Shown one piece after another: positions 8,079 to 18,043 of a DNA stretch of 27,685 nt. The first letter of the stretch is position 1, and every line of letters starts with the position of its first letter. This DNA comes from a virus (taxonomy: Duplodnaviria; Caudoviricetes), in the IMG/VR virus record IMGVR_UViG_3300037483_000067, positions 1-27,685 of that record; one strand, given 5' to 3'. The position numbers and the translations under genes were made by a program. The notes under the pieces are model-generated. The model made no database searches. It saw only the letters and a list, made by a program, of their open reading frames with translations, and had not been told where the DNA came from.

Positions 8079-9006
8079 TAGTGACCGCACGGCCTTTCAG
8101 CTGTTCCCAATCTCGTTCGGGCCTGACTTGAAGATTAGTTTCCCAGGCGCCACAAATGGTTGGGATTGAAATACCTTGCTGCCGACAGATTGCCATGAAT
8201 GCGTTCATATCCTTCGGAAAACAACTTCCACCAAACCCCATATGTCCGTCGGGGCCAGGAACGTTCCAGTGCGTCTTGCCAAGCCGAGGGTCGAGAACTG
8301 CATATTCCATCACCTTGTCGTAATCAACTCCAAAATGATCACACACCCGTTTCATGTCATTTGCAAACGACACCTTCGTTGCAAGAAAACAGTTAGTCAT
8401 ATACTTCACCAGTTCTGCATAAGTCGAATCGGTTTTTACGATATGCGCCTCTGGAAATGGTAGTGTATACATCTGCTTCAATTTGCTTGATGCGGGCCGT
8501 GGGCCGCCAACAATGAGATGAGTTTGATTACGAAAATCCGCCAAGTAGTTTGCTTCCGTAAGAAATTCGGGATTGAATACAAGCTGAAACTTGCCATTCA
8601 GTTCTGTGCTGTAATATTCGTTCAGTCGTTGAGTCATTCCAGGCGGAACGGTTGACTTAATGACGACGACGGGTGGCTCAATATCAGGATTGATTTGTGC
8701 TGCGCTGCATACCTTTGATACCGCCTCGTCTACAAACCGCGTATTCGCAGAACCGTTGAGGAACATCGGAGTAGGAACACAAATGAATACAAAGTTGAAT
8801 GGACCGATGAGCGGATCACGTGCAGTTGGCACTCGATCATGAAGCATTTGCTCTCGGTTTGTGGCGTATATAAGGCCCCGCGGAGAACTCAATACATCGG
8901 ACCACCGAACATCATAGTACGGTCGGAGCCCCTCATATACGGCTTGCCCAACGTATCCCAATCCCACCACCTGAATGCGAATTGCCAAAGCTTGTATTTT
9001 ACTCAT
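8071..9006 (-). CDS. ugd: UDP-glucose/GDP-mannose 6-dehydrogenase family protein lacking the C-terminal UDP-binding domain
   Basis: GLGYVG Rossmann motif, FICVPTP, IKSTVPPG, FNPEFLTE, AELVKY..N.FLATKVSFAN and catalytic GFGGSCFPKD; the protein ends at 311 aa. Confidence 0.9.
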   Translation of the reverse strand: MSKIQALAIRIQVVGLGYVGQAVYEGLRPYYDVRWSDVLSSPRGLIYATNREQMLHDRVPTARDPLIGPFNFVFICVPTPMFLNGSANTRFVDEAVSKVCSAAQINPDIEPPVVVIKSTVPPGMTQRLNEYYSTELNGKFQLVFNPEFLTEANYLADFRNQTHLIVGGPRPASSKLKQMYTLPFPEAHIVKTDSTYAELVKYMTNCFLATKVSFANDMKRVCDHFGVDYDKVMEYAVLDPRLGKTHWNVPGPDGHMGFGGSCFPKDMNAFMAICRQQGISIPTICGAWETNLQVRPERDWEQLKGRAVTND

Positions 9007-9368
9007 ATTTTCTCTCTAATCAATAGGTCACATTTCTCATATTCTATGGGATGACCGCCTTGGTATCCCGGCCTGTGCCAGTATAGAATAAAGTGCAGCA
9101 TTTCATGTTTGATATATTTTTCATCATACATTTTTGCAGTGATGACGAAAATCTGGTTGTATTTCACATATGCGTATGCAGTTGTTGCCGGCATGCCCTC
9201 TGCGAGAAACGATTCCGCATTAACATGCCAAAATTCAATGCTGTCCAATTTTGATTCCGGTGCTGTATAACCCGCACATACTGCAACCTCATTCCACCAC
9301 CGAAAGAATTGATGTGGTGTCTTGTATGGTGCTGCAAGTTGTAATAACAAGATTAACAGCACCATCAT
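9003..9368 (-). CDS. Small exported protein with an HEXXH motif (possible zincin metallopeptidase)
   Basis: Hydrophobic N-terminus MMVLLILLLQLAA, HEMLH plus a downstream His (GGHP), and ATGA overlaps on both sides. Confidence 0.6.
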   Translation of the reverse strand: MMVLLILLLQLAAPYKTPHQFFRWWNEVAVCAGYTAPESKLDSIEFWHVNAESFLAEGMPATTAYAYVKYNQIFVITAKMYDEKYIKHEMLHFILYWHRPGYQGGHPIEYEKCDLLIREKI

Positions 9369-10720
9369 ACAACTAGTTTCTCCATCGTGCCAAATGTTTT
9401 GCCATATTTGACACGAACCGGAAACCGGCCCGCTTGTTCCATAATCTTGATTGCTTCAATCAGCAATTCACGTCCATCGTGAGCGGAATAGTCTAACAAA
9501 ATAGAGTCATAATTGTAAAGAACGATTTTTGATTGCTTTCTTTCAAACAATCCTCCCAATTTCGTTAGCACGGTAGCATTTCGTTCCGTTTCCATAAACT
9601 GTACAAGATAGTTGAACACTTTCGCTGGCGTCGGTTCCCAAATATGATCAAGAGAAATGCGTTTCTTCAACAAAGGTGACGTGATGAACCCCTTAGACTG
9701 TATTTCGTTCCACATCGTACGTTTGAAGGCATTGACACTACGAAAGAACGGAATATCGGTGTTCGTATCACTATACAGATTATGAAATGTCTCAACTTTG
9801 CTCTTTTCATATTGCTCAGGCGTCAACACATTGGTTTTGAAGTATTGCTGACCGAAATACTCATGTGCGGGCGTTGTTGGAAGTGCGAAATTCAACATGT
9901 TAGCAATAAGGCGTACGTGATACGACTCAAAATCAATAAGAACCATTGCACCGTCTTTGAAACGACTCGTGAAAACTTCACGAGAACCATCATCCTTGTT
10001 GAGTGCGGCAAAGTTGATACCGCCAAAACGACAGGAAGGGCGTCCTGCGGCGGTATAGAGGTTGTACTGCGAGTAAACGAGTCCATTTGCGTCGGGGCCG
10101 ACTAATGCTTTTGCGAATTTTTGCTTGAAAAGATCAATATCAACATGTAAGCCGTTCTGTTCAATTGCCTTGAATATGCTGAGCGCAATATCTATAAACA
10201 AGAAGCCAACATCAGACATGTGCAACTTATGCGTCTCTATAAATGAACAGGCGTGAGTGGCGTACGCGTCAAAGAATTCCATCCATTTGTACAACGGAAT
10301 GGCACAGTTTACATTCTCGCCATGATAGTGACGTTCATGCAAGTGCCGAATGGTTGTAGGATAGAACTGAGTGGGATCGGTGACTGATGCGGAGGCCGCA
10401 TACTCTAGCGCTTGAACATCTTTCGCCTTATGAAACCCCACGTCAGACAAAAATAACAGTGCCTTCTTATCTGGCGTCCAAATTTCCATTCCTTTTGTAA
10501 GTTCATCACACACGGCAAGCGGTAGATTGAGTGACTCGGAATGATTGAATGGAAGTCCAACCAGCTTTTTGCTGTCCATGAGGTAGACACCTACTAAACA
10601 CAGCGTATTTTGCGCTGGGTGCTTGTGGGCGTCACAAAACACGGGCATGACTAACGAAGTCTGTCCAGCGTATTCGTTTAAGAATGTATTGTAATCTATG
10701 AGATTTTCAATGATGTGCAT
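9365..10720 (-). CDS. Short, divergent family A DNA polymerase with no 5'-3' exonuclease and a degenerate 3'-5' exonuclease region
   Basis: YNLYTAAGRPS (TGRLS motif), motif A LIDFESYHVRLIA, motif B SKVETFHNLYS, FNYLVQ..E and motif C LYNYDSILLD. ATG at 10720 is preferred over TTG at 10726. Confidence 0.85.
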   Translation of the reverse strand: MHIIENLIDYNTFLNEYAGQTSLVMPVFCDAHKHPAQNTLCLVGVYLMDSKKLVGLPFNHSESLNLPLAVCDELTKGMEIWTPDKKALLFLSDVGFHKAKDVQALEYAASASVTDPTQFYPTTIRHLHERHYHGENVNCAIPLYKWMEFFDAYATHACSFIETHKLHMSDVGFLFIDIALSIFKAIEQNGLHVDIDLFKQKFAKALVGPDANGLVYSQYNLYTAAGRPSCRFGGINFAALNKDDGSREVFTSRFKDGAMVLIDFESYHVRLIANMLNFALPTTPAHEYFGQQYFKTNVLTPEQYEKSKVETFHNLYSDTNTDIPFFRSVNAFKRTMWNEIQSKGFITSPLLKKRISLDHIWEPTPAKVFNYLVQFMETERNATVLTKLGGLFERKQSKIVLYNYDSILLDYSAHDGRELLIEAIKIMEQAGRFPVRVKYGKTFGTMEKLVV

Positions 10721-10729
10721 AACCAATGG

Positions 10730-10758
10730 AACCTACACCCGTCAACTACATTTGTCAA
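10730..10758 (-). promoter_or_regulatory. Sigma70-type (early) promoter heading the replication module
   Basis: Perfect TTGACA (10758-10753), a 17-nt spacer and TAGGTT (10735-10730), located at the structural/replication module boundary. Confidence 0.6.
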
Positions 10759-10761
10759 GCG

Positions 10762-11172
10762 TTAGAATCCGTTCCATAATTGAATAGTGTTTGTAAGTTT
10801 GCGGCCGATTGCTGGCATCGTTTTAGCTGCTTGTCGGATAGCCGCTTGGTTTGCGGACATAACGCCAAGAACATTAATTTCGCCAGTGATTGGATCGGTT
10901 GTGTTGTTCGCAGGACCGGAAATACGCCAACGAAGATTCACAACCCGAAACAACGATTTCACGCTCAACGAATCATATGTGTTCTTAGCAATTTCAATAA
11001 TTTCGCCGTTGGGTTGATTGGTTTGCTGAGCAAAGTATCGAGAAATTTCGCCGAATTTGTAATCTGCGGCGGTCGGCCTTGGCACAAACGAAGGCGCAAT
11101 CGCAAGCATCGACGACGCACCAACCACAGTGCGGTATGTATCAAGCATTTGCTGGTCGTCTGTATTTGCCAT
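10762..11172 (-). CDS. Hypothetical protein, last gene of the baseplate cluster
   Basis: Clean ORF (PRPTAADYKFGEISRYFAQ...IIEI...LRWRISGP); assignment is positional only. Confidence 0.7.
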   Translation of the reverse strand: MANTDDQQMLDTYRTVVGASSMLAIAPSFVPRPTAADYKFGEISRYFAQQTNQPNGEIIEIAKNTYDSLSVKSLFRVVNLRWRISGPANNTTDPITGEINVLGVMSANQAAIRQAAKTMPAIGRKLTNTIQLWNGF

Positions 11173-11193
11173 TCTGTTAAAATCTCGCCGAGC

Positions 11194-13605
11194 CTAAAAT
11201 CGCCCGCTAATGATCGCCTTCTGCTGTTGTTCTCTTACTGCAGCATCAATTCCCGAACCATGTTCAATAGATACATTACCAAGATTGAGTACTTCGTCGG
11301 TCGGTTCGACTGCTATATCACCGGCGCCTGCCCCGCCACGCATCTTCACAAAATAGTACAAGCCACCAATGGTGGTTTTCCAGCCCGCCATGCTCACTTC
11401 ATGTGTTAGTGCGTTAATCAGAAAAACTCCATGATCTTCGTAAATTCGTGGAAGTTTATCGACAAGAAAGGTATCATAAAAAGTCATACCAGAAATGCCC
11501 TGCAAAGTCAGCGACATTTGGATTTCAGTTGGAACCGGGGCAACAAAATTGTTAATTGAACCAACAATTTTGCGGCCGGATTCACCAATGGCTTGAATGA
11601 GGGCCGTGCCCAACACGATATAAGCGCCCATCACATTTTTGAAGCGTGACAATAGGGTCGCACGAGCAATTATTTCATCTGCGCGTTGATTTGCAGTCAC
11701 ATTACTTTGTGTAGCTCCTACTCTAGTAGCACCTGTTTTATCGGGCTGGCGAGCAGGAGTACTTGTTTTGCCCAAGCCCCGATTGCGAACAGCATTGACC
11801 GATTCGCCCAGCATATCATGAAGTGTGGGAATATTCAATACCCGCGTCCACCACGAAGGTTCGTTGTATGTTCCTCCATCATTTGCCGCCGAAGCATCTG
11901 AATTTTCTAATTGTGGTAATGATGCCAATAAAATTGCTGACTTGGCTTCTTTGCTAAAATCAGCCGTAAACGACAAATCAAGCAACTCACCCCGGGTTCC
12001 TTTATTGAACACATATGGAGATGGAATCGTAGTACTATTGAACACCCCCCTTTTGTCATAGATTTTATATTGCTGTATCTCTTCATCGAACGCTAAATCA
12101 AGATGCCAATAGTTTTGAGTAGCATTGTTCATTCGAGTCAGCAGCTGAATCACTGACGCGTAGAAAGTATTTTGCTGAGAGAATGCGTCTTTGATGGCTT
12201 GAACATGAATCCACACACCGTTGCTAAGCAATCCTCTTTCCTCATTACTTCCTGATGTAAAAAAGATATCATGCAGCGGGCGAGATACAGCAAATCTTCG
12301 AGAACGATCAACCCCCACCTTATACGATTGTTCAGGTAAAACACCTTCTTGTACCATCCACGGTTTAACAATAACGAGTGTATCTGGATCAGTTGATGCC
12401 AATAACGGATGATTCCCGACCGCTGGTTCGGGTGTTGTTGGATCATTAATGCGAGTGAACAACACCGCATCTGTTTCTGTGATATGATTCTTTACTGCTG
12501 AAAACAATTCACCAAGGACATCGATCAAAAACATATCCCACGGAATGAACCGGCCGTCAGTAGCTGCAAACTTCTCTAATATCTGCGGCGGTGGTTCTTC
12601 AGGAAACAGTTTAGTTTGTCTATTTCGGGACGGGTCATTGGCGTCGGGATTGAGAATGGTAGTGTTCTTTACTTCATCCTCCGATTCGGCCCGCAAATCA
12701 ATTACAGACTTCTGCCGCCCCGGCTCAGAAAGCATCTGATCAAATCTGCCATGATCTTGGAAAAAGTCACTTATCGTCCGAGTGAATGAGTCGGAATCTT
12801 CCTTATTGACGATGCGGCCCATTAGTTTGTTGTTGTGAATACCAAATACTGCTTCGCCGGTGCTGGTAACGGTCGTGCTGCATTTGATCGTTCCGTCTGC
12901 TACATACTCAAGCGATTGATCGGTCACTCGGCCAATAATCATGTTATAGTTACCGGCGGCCGGCTCAAACAGATCATCAGACATGGCCTTGCGACCAGCA
13001 ACAACATACTGCGTCAATTTTTCCAGCGCATCTGATTCACTAAAATCGAAAATGCCCGTAGGAATCCGATTAGAGAACAGGTGTCCAAATTCCACAACTA
13101 CATATCCGCCGGCCATTAGAAAGTGTTGACGGAGAAACTCAAGTTGTGTGCGATTATAGCAAATCCATTCTACAACAGCTTGGATTGGTTCGTTAACACC
13201 AAGATGGGTAACTCGAATCCCGATAATACCAGGAATTGGGTGTTTACCTTGCACAGCAATTTCGTTTCTCGTGCCAGTGCTTTGATCAGACGAGACGGGT
13301 TTGCGCTTGCCATCATCCCCATAGCCATATCCTATAATGTCTCGGTCGCCGTATGACATCTCAAAAATATTCCCAAAAGCTTCAGGAATATCTTGGCCGG
13401 GCGATCCATGCAAACCTAAATGAAAGAACTTGTAGTGATTTTGATGGTCTTGTCGCGTGGAAGTAAACCGCACAAATGGCATGATCGTAGGCGTCGGAAT
13501 TGCAAGCGAACTATTTTGCGTATTTAATCTGCGACGAAACAATTCTCGCTGAACATATCTACGAATGGAATTCGGGGCTGGAAATGCGTTGCGTGCTTCG
13601 ACCAT
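11194..13605 (-). CDS. Putative baseplate hub protein (gp27/GpD-like)
   Basis: Follows the LysM/gp53-like gene. The C-terminal SLTLQGISGM...FLINALTHEVSMAGWKTTI resembles the GpD/gp27 C-terminal barrel pattern. Confidence 0.6.
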   Translation of the reverse strand: MVEARNAFPAPNSIRRYVQRELFRRRLNTQNSSLAIPTPTIMPFVRFTSTRQDHQNHYKFFHLGLHGSPGQDIPEAFGNIFEMSYGDRDIIGYGYGDDGKRKPVSSDQSTGTRNEIAVQGKHPIPGIIGIRVTHLGVNEPIQAVVEWICYNRTQLEFLRQHFLMAGGYVVVEFGHLFSNRIPTGIFDFSESDALEKLTQYVVAGRKAMSDDLFEPAAGNYNMIIGRVTDQSLEYVADGTIKCSTTVTSTGEAVFGIHNNKLMGRIVNKEDSDSFTRTISDFFQDHGRFDQMLSEPGRQKSVIDLRAESEDEVKNTTILNPDANDPSRNRQTKLFPEEPPPQILEKFAATDGRFIPWDMFLIDVLGELFSAVKNHITETDAVLFTRINDPTTPEPAVGNHPLLASTDPDTLVIVKPWMVQEGVLPEQSYKVGVDRSRRFAVSRPLHDIFFTSGSNEERGLLSNGVWIHVQAIKDAFSQQNTFYASVIQLLTRMNNATQNYWHLDLAFDEEIQQYKIYDKRGVFNSTTIPSPYVFNKGTRGELLDLSFTADFSKEAKSAILLASLPQLENSDASAANDGGTYNEPSWWTRVLNIPTLHDMLGESVNAVRNRGLGKTSTPARQPDKTGATRVGATQSNVTANQRADEIIARATLLSRFKNVMGAYIVLGTALIQAIGESGRKIVGSINNFVAPVPTEIQMSLTLQGISGMTFYDTFLVDKLPRIYEDHGVFLINALTHEVSMAGWKTTIGGLYYFVKMRGGAGAGDIAVEPTDEVLNLGNVSIEHGSGIDAAVREQQQKAIISGRF

Positions 13606-13608
13606 ATT

Positions 13609-13902
13609 TTAGAGGACTCTGCTTTTTGCTGGGATTCGAAGTTGCGTTCCCGGTTTGACGTGCATGCTACCATTGACAAGATCATTGACCGATGCGAGCA
13701 CGAACCAATACCGAGGCGAACCATAAAATTTCGTAGCGAGCAAATCAAGCCGGTCGCCCTCGTTTGCTATGATAATGCTGTCATCTGCAGCGACTTTGAT
13801 CTTGATGGGGCGAGCAGCACGATAGACTTCTGTACCCGATCTGCGTAGATCATTACTGCCGAGAACCTTCGTATCGTCGTTGATGGTGCGTTTGATTGCC
13901 AT
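13609..13902 (-). CDS. LysM / tail-X (gp53-like) baseplate protein
   Basis: EGDRLDLLATKFYGSPRYWFVLASVN...PGTQLRIP is a typical LysM/tail-X signature. Confidence 0.85.
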   Translation of the reverse strand: MAIKRTINDDTKVLGSNDLRRSGTEVYRAARPIKIKVAADDSIIIANEGDRLDLLATKFYGSPRYWFVLASVNDLVNGSMHVKPGTQLRIPAKSRVL

Positions 13903-13910
13903 GCGTGCTC

Positions 13911-15899
13911 CTATACTGTGACGGGAATGCCAAATCCGTAGAACTCGCTGTTCGCCGTCATAGTATCCTTTTCAATCACTTCAAAGGTGAGCGCCATAAG
14001 AACGGTTTGTGGGACTTGTGCGCCAGGCTCTATTTCCCATATTGTTTCATCATCAATAGTATGCTGTATGCCGGAAAAATATCCAGGCTGATTTTTGTAG
14101 AAATCGCCGAGTGTGAGTTCAATAATCGGAGGAAGTAAGAACCCATCGGCACTTTGCTTTGATGGAAACGCGAGGCCGGTAATAAAGTTCACTTTGTCCC
14201 AAATCGCTTGTAGTTCAATCGGCGACCATGCATGAACATAAAGACTAAATGCTAATGAACGAACCGCACCAAGGTACACAATATTGCGTTCAATACGGCC
14301 AATGTATTTCGTATCGGAGAACTCAGGCTTCACTGTCTCATTGATGCCAGTCAGCATTGCTCTAAATGGTTCAAGTCGATCATTCACCTTATCATAAATC
14401 GTGACCGTAATCAGGTCTTGGGGCGTTGAAACACCATTAATCTCAGTTGGTACTTCATTGCCCGCGACCCGGCGGATCAGGTTCAAAGTGTCGTGATAAT
14501 ATCCAGGAGCAGTGCGAGTATCTTTGACACCGATCTCTCGCCGCGGCAATCCTTGGAAGAATTGCTGTGCTAGCATATCATCCTTGAACGGATCACGAGA
14601 AGGAATTTGTGTAACCGCTCCACCAACCATAAACGGCGTACCTGTTCGTTCCTGATTAATTTGCCGCAATTTCTCAAGTGTTATACCGCCAACTATACCA
14701 CGATTAGGAACGGCATCAGTGCCGATATTATCAGTATATTTTTGAATCAGCGACGCTTGCTCTTTAAGAGCTTTGCGAACAAATTCTGACCGGGAATCAG
14801 TCTGATACGTTAATTCTATAGCATCATCAGGAAATTGCAATTTATCCAACATTGTTTGCTGATCGTTGCGAATGGGCGACGCTGGTGTTATAGTATCATT
14901 CGTTGATGCGATAGATGTTTTTGCTTTCTGGACGGCCGATCCAAACTGTGAAGTGATAGCAGCTACGCCACCAGTCTGTAGTAGCGTTGACCCACGAATA
15001 GCTCGGTCAATGCGTTGCGACGTTGGTGTGAACAGCGTTGGTAGACGATCAAGTCCACTCGCATCCTTCAGATATCCCTTAACAGTATCCGGTCCTGTTA
15101 TGAAGTATCGCATCTGATCGCTTTGCGACTGAATCGCTCGGCCAGTAGGAACATTAACATTGCGGAAAATGTTTGGCAAACCAATAATAGATGATACCGT
15201 CCCGGCGGCGGCAAGTGCTGAAGCAGCAAGTTGAGTGGCGCGCTGTGCGAACGGCGTATATCCTTCACGAAGTACGACAGAGTAGAGTTTTCCTGCAACG
15301 TTAAACTCAGGGCGCTCATTGACGCCGAGCGTGCCAACGCCACCACCAATTCCCAAAGTGCCAATAAGTGTCTGCGCTATTTGGTTGGTGGTAAGTGCCG
15401 AAAGCAAACTGCCAGCATTCGGCTTGCCGGTGATGCGAACCGTTGCTTGATTAGCGGTTTCCTTTTGGAGTCGGCCGGCGCTGCCAACTTGCCGGGTGCT
15501 CGCGGGCGACTTCTCATCGCTGGTAAGAGTAGCATCAGTCTGATCACGAAGTTGTCGCTTGAAATGCTCATTCGGCGTGAGATTGAGATTGATGAACAAC
15601 GGATTGATCAGCCGCGTCTCACTGATTGTATTACCCGTCTGTAAGAGCTGTTGCTTTGCTAGCCAGAGTATTCCCCGAGAGCTAGTCAGCCAGCGAGTCA
15701 TGCGGCGCTGGTCAGTAATCACATGAGCAATCGGAACGAGTCGATCACTATTACCGACGCCCTGCTGATTGTTTGGATCATCGGGCCTCGTATAGACAAT
15801 CGGATTCAGATCGGCAGACTTCTTCATATCCGTAATACGACCGTAGAGCTTATCTACTGTCGCCTTAAAGCGGTCATCTAATCCTTTGAGAAATGCCAT
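13911..15899 (-). CDS. Baseplate/tail-tube initiator-like protein (gp48/gp54-like C-terminal tube-fold domain)
   Basis: Lies between tape measure and LysM genes. C-terminal FRAMLTGINETVKPEFSDTKYIGRIE...RSLAFSL...PPIIELTLGDFY...WEI pattern. Confidence 0.6.
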   Translation of the reverse strand: MAFLKGLDDRFKATVDKLYGRITDMKKSADLNPIVYTRPDDPNNQQGVGNSDRLVPIAHVITDQRRMTRWLTSSRGILWLAKQQLLQTGNTISETRLINPLFINLNLTPNEHFKRQLRDQTDATLTSDEKSPASTRQVGSAGRLQKETANQATVRITGKPNAGSLLSALTTNQIAQTLIGTLGIGGGVGTLGVNERPEFNVAGKLYSVVLREGYTPFAQRATQLAASALAAAGTVSSIIGLPNIFRNVNVPTGRAIQSQSDQMRYFITGPDTVKGYLKDASGLDRLPTLFTPTSQRIDRAIRGSTLLQTGGVAAITSQFGSAVQKAKTSIASTNDTITPASPIRNDQQTMLDKLQFPDDAIELTYQTDSRSEFVRKALKEQASLIQKYTDNIGTDAVPNRGIVGGITLEKLRQINQERTGTPFMVGGAVTQIPSRDPFKDDMLAQQFFQGLPRREIGVKDTRTAPGYYHDTLNLIRRVAGNEVPTEINGVSTPQDLITVTIYDKVNDRLEPFRAMLTGINETVKPEFSDTKYIGRIERNIVYLGAVRSLAFSLYVHAWSPIELQAIWDKVNFITGLAFPSKQSADGFLLPPIIELTLGDFYKNQPGYFSGIQHTIDDETIWEIEPGAQVPQTVLMALTFEVIEKDTMTANSEFYGFGIPVTV

Positions 15900-15904
15900 T
15901 CGTC

Positions 15905-18043
15905 TTACCTTGTTCCTATGGTGTGGCCCTGGCCTTTCGCTTGCGCGTTCGTCAATTTTCTGCTGTCAACCTCCAAAACGACTTCATGACCCCGTTCTAT
16001 TCCATCAATGATCTGATCGGCTTGAGCTCGTGTCATACCCTCTTCTCGAGCTCTTTGTGCCGCGTGTATAGGTGCAGTAATCTGACGTAGTGCCGCCAGG
16101 CGCACTTCAGACTGCGCGCCGCTAGCTTCAGCAGCCTTAATCTCATCTTTTCGTTTCATCATATCACTGAGCGAGGCGGTGCCGGTCAACTTATTGATGA
16201 GTTCACCAATTGCCAAGCCGACTGCTCCGGCCGTAGCAACAGCGGCACCAGTACCAAGCGCTGATCCTGCTGTTCCTAACAGTCCGGCACCTCCTGCGCC
16301 ACCTGCCGCTGCCGTTCCGCCTCGGCCAAACATCTTAGCAAACATTCCGCCTATGCCGCCGGCTGCAGAACCGGCTCCGCCGGCCGCAGCTGCGGCGCCG
16401 GCTGCTCCGCCCCGGCCAAGAGACATTCCAAGAAACTTGCCAATTCCCAAGCCGCCCTTGAGGCTATTAACCGCCGCGGCGGCGGCCATAGCATATAACG
16501 CGATTGTTGTAAAATGTATACCACGAGTGAACCCATCCAACACAGCAAGGCTTCCCTGCATGCCTTTATCGAAATTACCCAGCGACTCGACTTGTTGATC
16601 TGTTGCATTAGCAAGATTTTCTCGAACGGCAGCGCCTTCTGTTCCTGCCCCACCACCACCGGTTTGAAATCGTTCCAGGGTTGCTAAATCAAGTCCAAAT
16701 GTCTGCGCTAACAGATTACGTTGAATACGGCCAAGATTGGCAATATCAACATCGCCTAATTGCTTTTGCATTTCTGCAGCAATATCCTCTTGTGTACCAT
16801 ATTGCGCGACTTGCGCAAGTTGCATCGGATCGGCAACATTAATTCCCAAGCCACGTAAACGTGATACGTTCTGGAACATCGTGTCAATATCAACCAGCGT
16901 ATTACCAAGCTGATCGATCTCTTCAAGTGACACACCAATACGTTCTGCTGCGGCGGCTGAGCGGAAAAATGCGGCGGCTCCTTGCTCACCATATTGAGCA
17001 AAAATCTTCGCGTTCTTCGCGACCGCATCAAGAAGGCGACCGGGATTGAGTCGGTTGATTTCTGCGAATGCTTTGGCGGAACGGAAGAAGTTGTCTTGTG
17101 CTTCGGCGGACATGCCGGCTTGTTTAGTCAAATCTTCAACTAGGCGACCTGCTTCATCAGCAGACAAACGGAAGAATGTATGAAGATTGGATGCATTACG
17201 AACAGTTGCGTCAGTTTGAAACGTTAAGTCACCAAACTCAGCACGAAGAGCTCCGATAGCCTTTACCGTTGCTCCCATCTGAAGAAATCCACCAGCAAAG
17301 GACCGGCGAATAATCTGGCCACCCGCTTCGAAAGTTTGGTTGATGCTAAGGCCAGTATCACGCAATTCACGAAGTTGGTCAGTTGCAACACCAAATGCAT
17401 GTTTGAGTGCTGCACCGATTACAGCCAACCGACCAGCAGTCGTATTTAGTGTCATTCGTGCATCGTCCATCTTCTTTTTGATACTATCAGCCGAAAAGCC
17501 CAAATATTGCTCTTGTATTTGTGTGAGTGTTGCTTCTCGGTTGCGCAGTTTATTACCTTCACTAATCTGTGTCAAAACTTTCTTTTGAAGTTCAATCTGA
17601 TCTAATACTTGAGTCGTTTGTTCTTTGGTGAGATCAGTTTGTCCCTGAAGAATCTTGGTCTTTGCAATTTCAAGTTCGATGAGTGCAATTTCTTCTTTTG
17701 ACAATTCTTTGACGTGACCAGTTGCCGCGGCATATTCTTCACTTGCTTCTTGAATCAATTCCAACATCTTCTGATTAACTTCTATTCCACTCGTTATTGA
17801 TGCTCGAGCTTCGTCAGTCGTAGCTAGCACACGTTCGCGTTCTAATGTTATACGTCGGCTGATAAGTTCTTCTTCACCGAGGAGAGAAATATACTTCTGT
17901 TGTTCGACGGTTCTTTGTTGTAATTTCTGGACAGTATCGGTAGCGAATTTTACCGACTCTTCAGAAATGAGTTGGGCAGGGTCTTGCTGTAACCTATCTA
18001 CGAGGTCACGAAATTGATCGGCAATTTCGTTAAAATCAGCCAT
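15905..18043 (-). CDS. Tail tape measure protein
   Basis: N-terminal coiled coil, Ala-rich helical middle, Gly/Ala-rich hydrophobic stretch and C-terminal VVLEVDSRKL; lies downstream of the chaperone genes. Start reassigned to ATG 18043 (MADFNE), overlapping the upstream TGA. Confidence 0.8.
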   Translation of the reverse strand: MADFNEIADQFRDLVDRLQQDPAQLISEESVKFATDTVQKLQQRTVEQQKYISLLGEEELISRRITLERERVLATTDEARASITSGIEVNQKMLELIQEASEEYAAATGHVKELSKEEIALIELEIAKTKILQGQTDLTKEQTTQVLDQIELQKKVLTQISEGNKLRNREATLTQIQEQYLGFSADSIKKKMDDARMTLNTTAGRLAVIGAALKHAFGVATDQLRELRDTGLSINQTFEAGGQIIRRSFAGGFLQMGATVKAIGALRAEFGDLTFQTDATVRNASNLHTFFRLSADEAGRLVEDLTKQAGMSAEAQDNFFRSAKAFAEINRLNPGRLLDAVAKNAKIFAQYGEQGAAAFFRSAAAAERIGVSLEEIDQLGNTLVDIDTMFQNVSRLRGLGINVADPMQLAQVAQYGTQEDIAAEMQKQLGDVDIANLGRIQRNLLAQTFGLDLATLERFQTGGGGAGTEGAAVRENLANATDQQVESLGNFDKGMQGSLAVLDGFTRGIHFTTIALYAMAAAAAVNSLKGGLGIGKFLGMSLGRGGAAGAAAAAGGAGSAAGGIGGMFAKMFGRGGTAAAGGAGGAGLLGTAGSALGTGAAVATAGAVGLAIGELINKLTGTASLSDMMKRKDEIKAAEASGAQSEVRLAALRQITAPIHAAQRAREEGMTRAQADQIIDGIERGHEVVLEVDSRKLTNAQAKGQGHTIGTR

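Noticed and set aside
10780-11409. 209-aa plus-strand ORF spanning two minus-strand genes
   Set aside because: Cys/Arg-rich non-protein-like composition, and it fully overlaps credible minus-strand genes.
16200-16500. GC-rich GCC/GGC repetitive tract in the tape measure gene
   Set aside because: Explained by the Gly/Ala-rich protein segment common in tape measure proteins.
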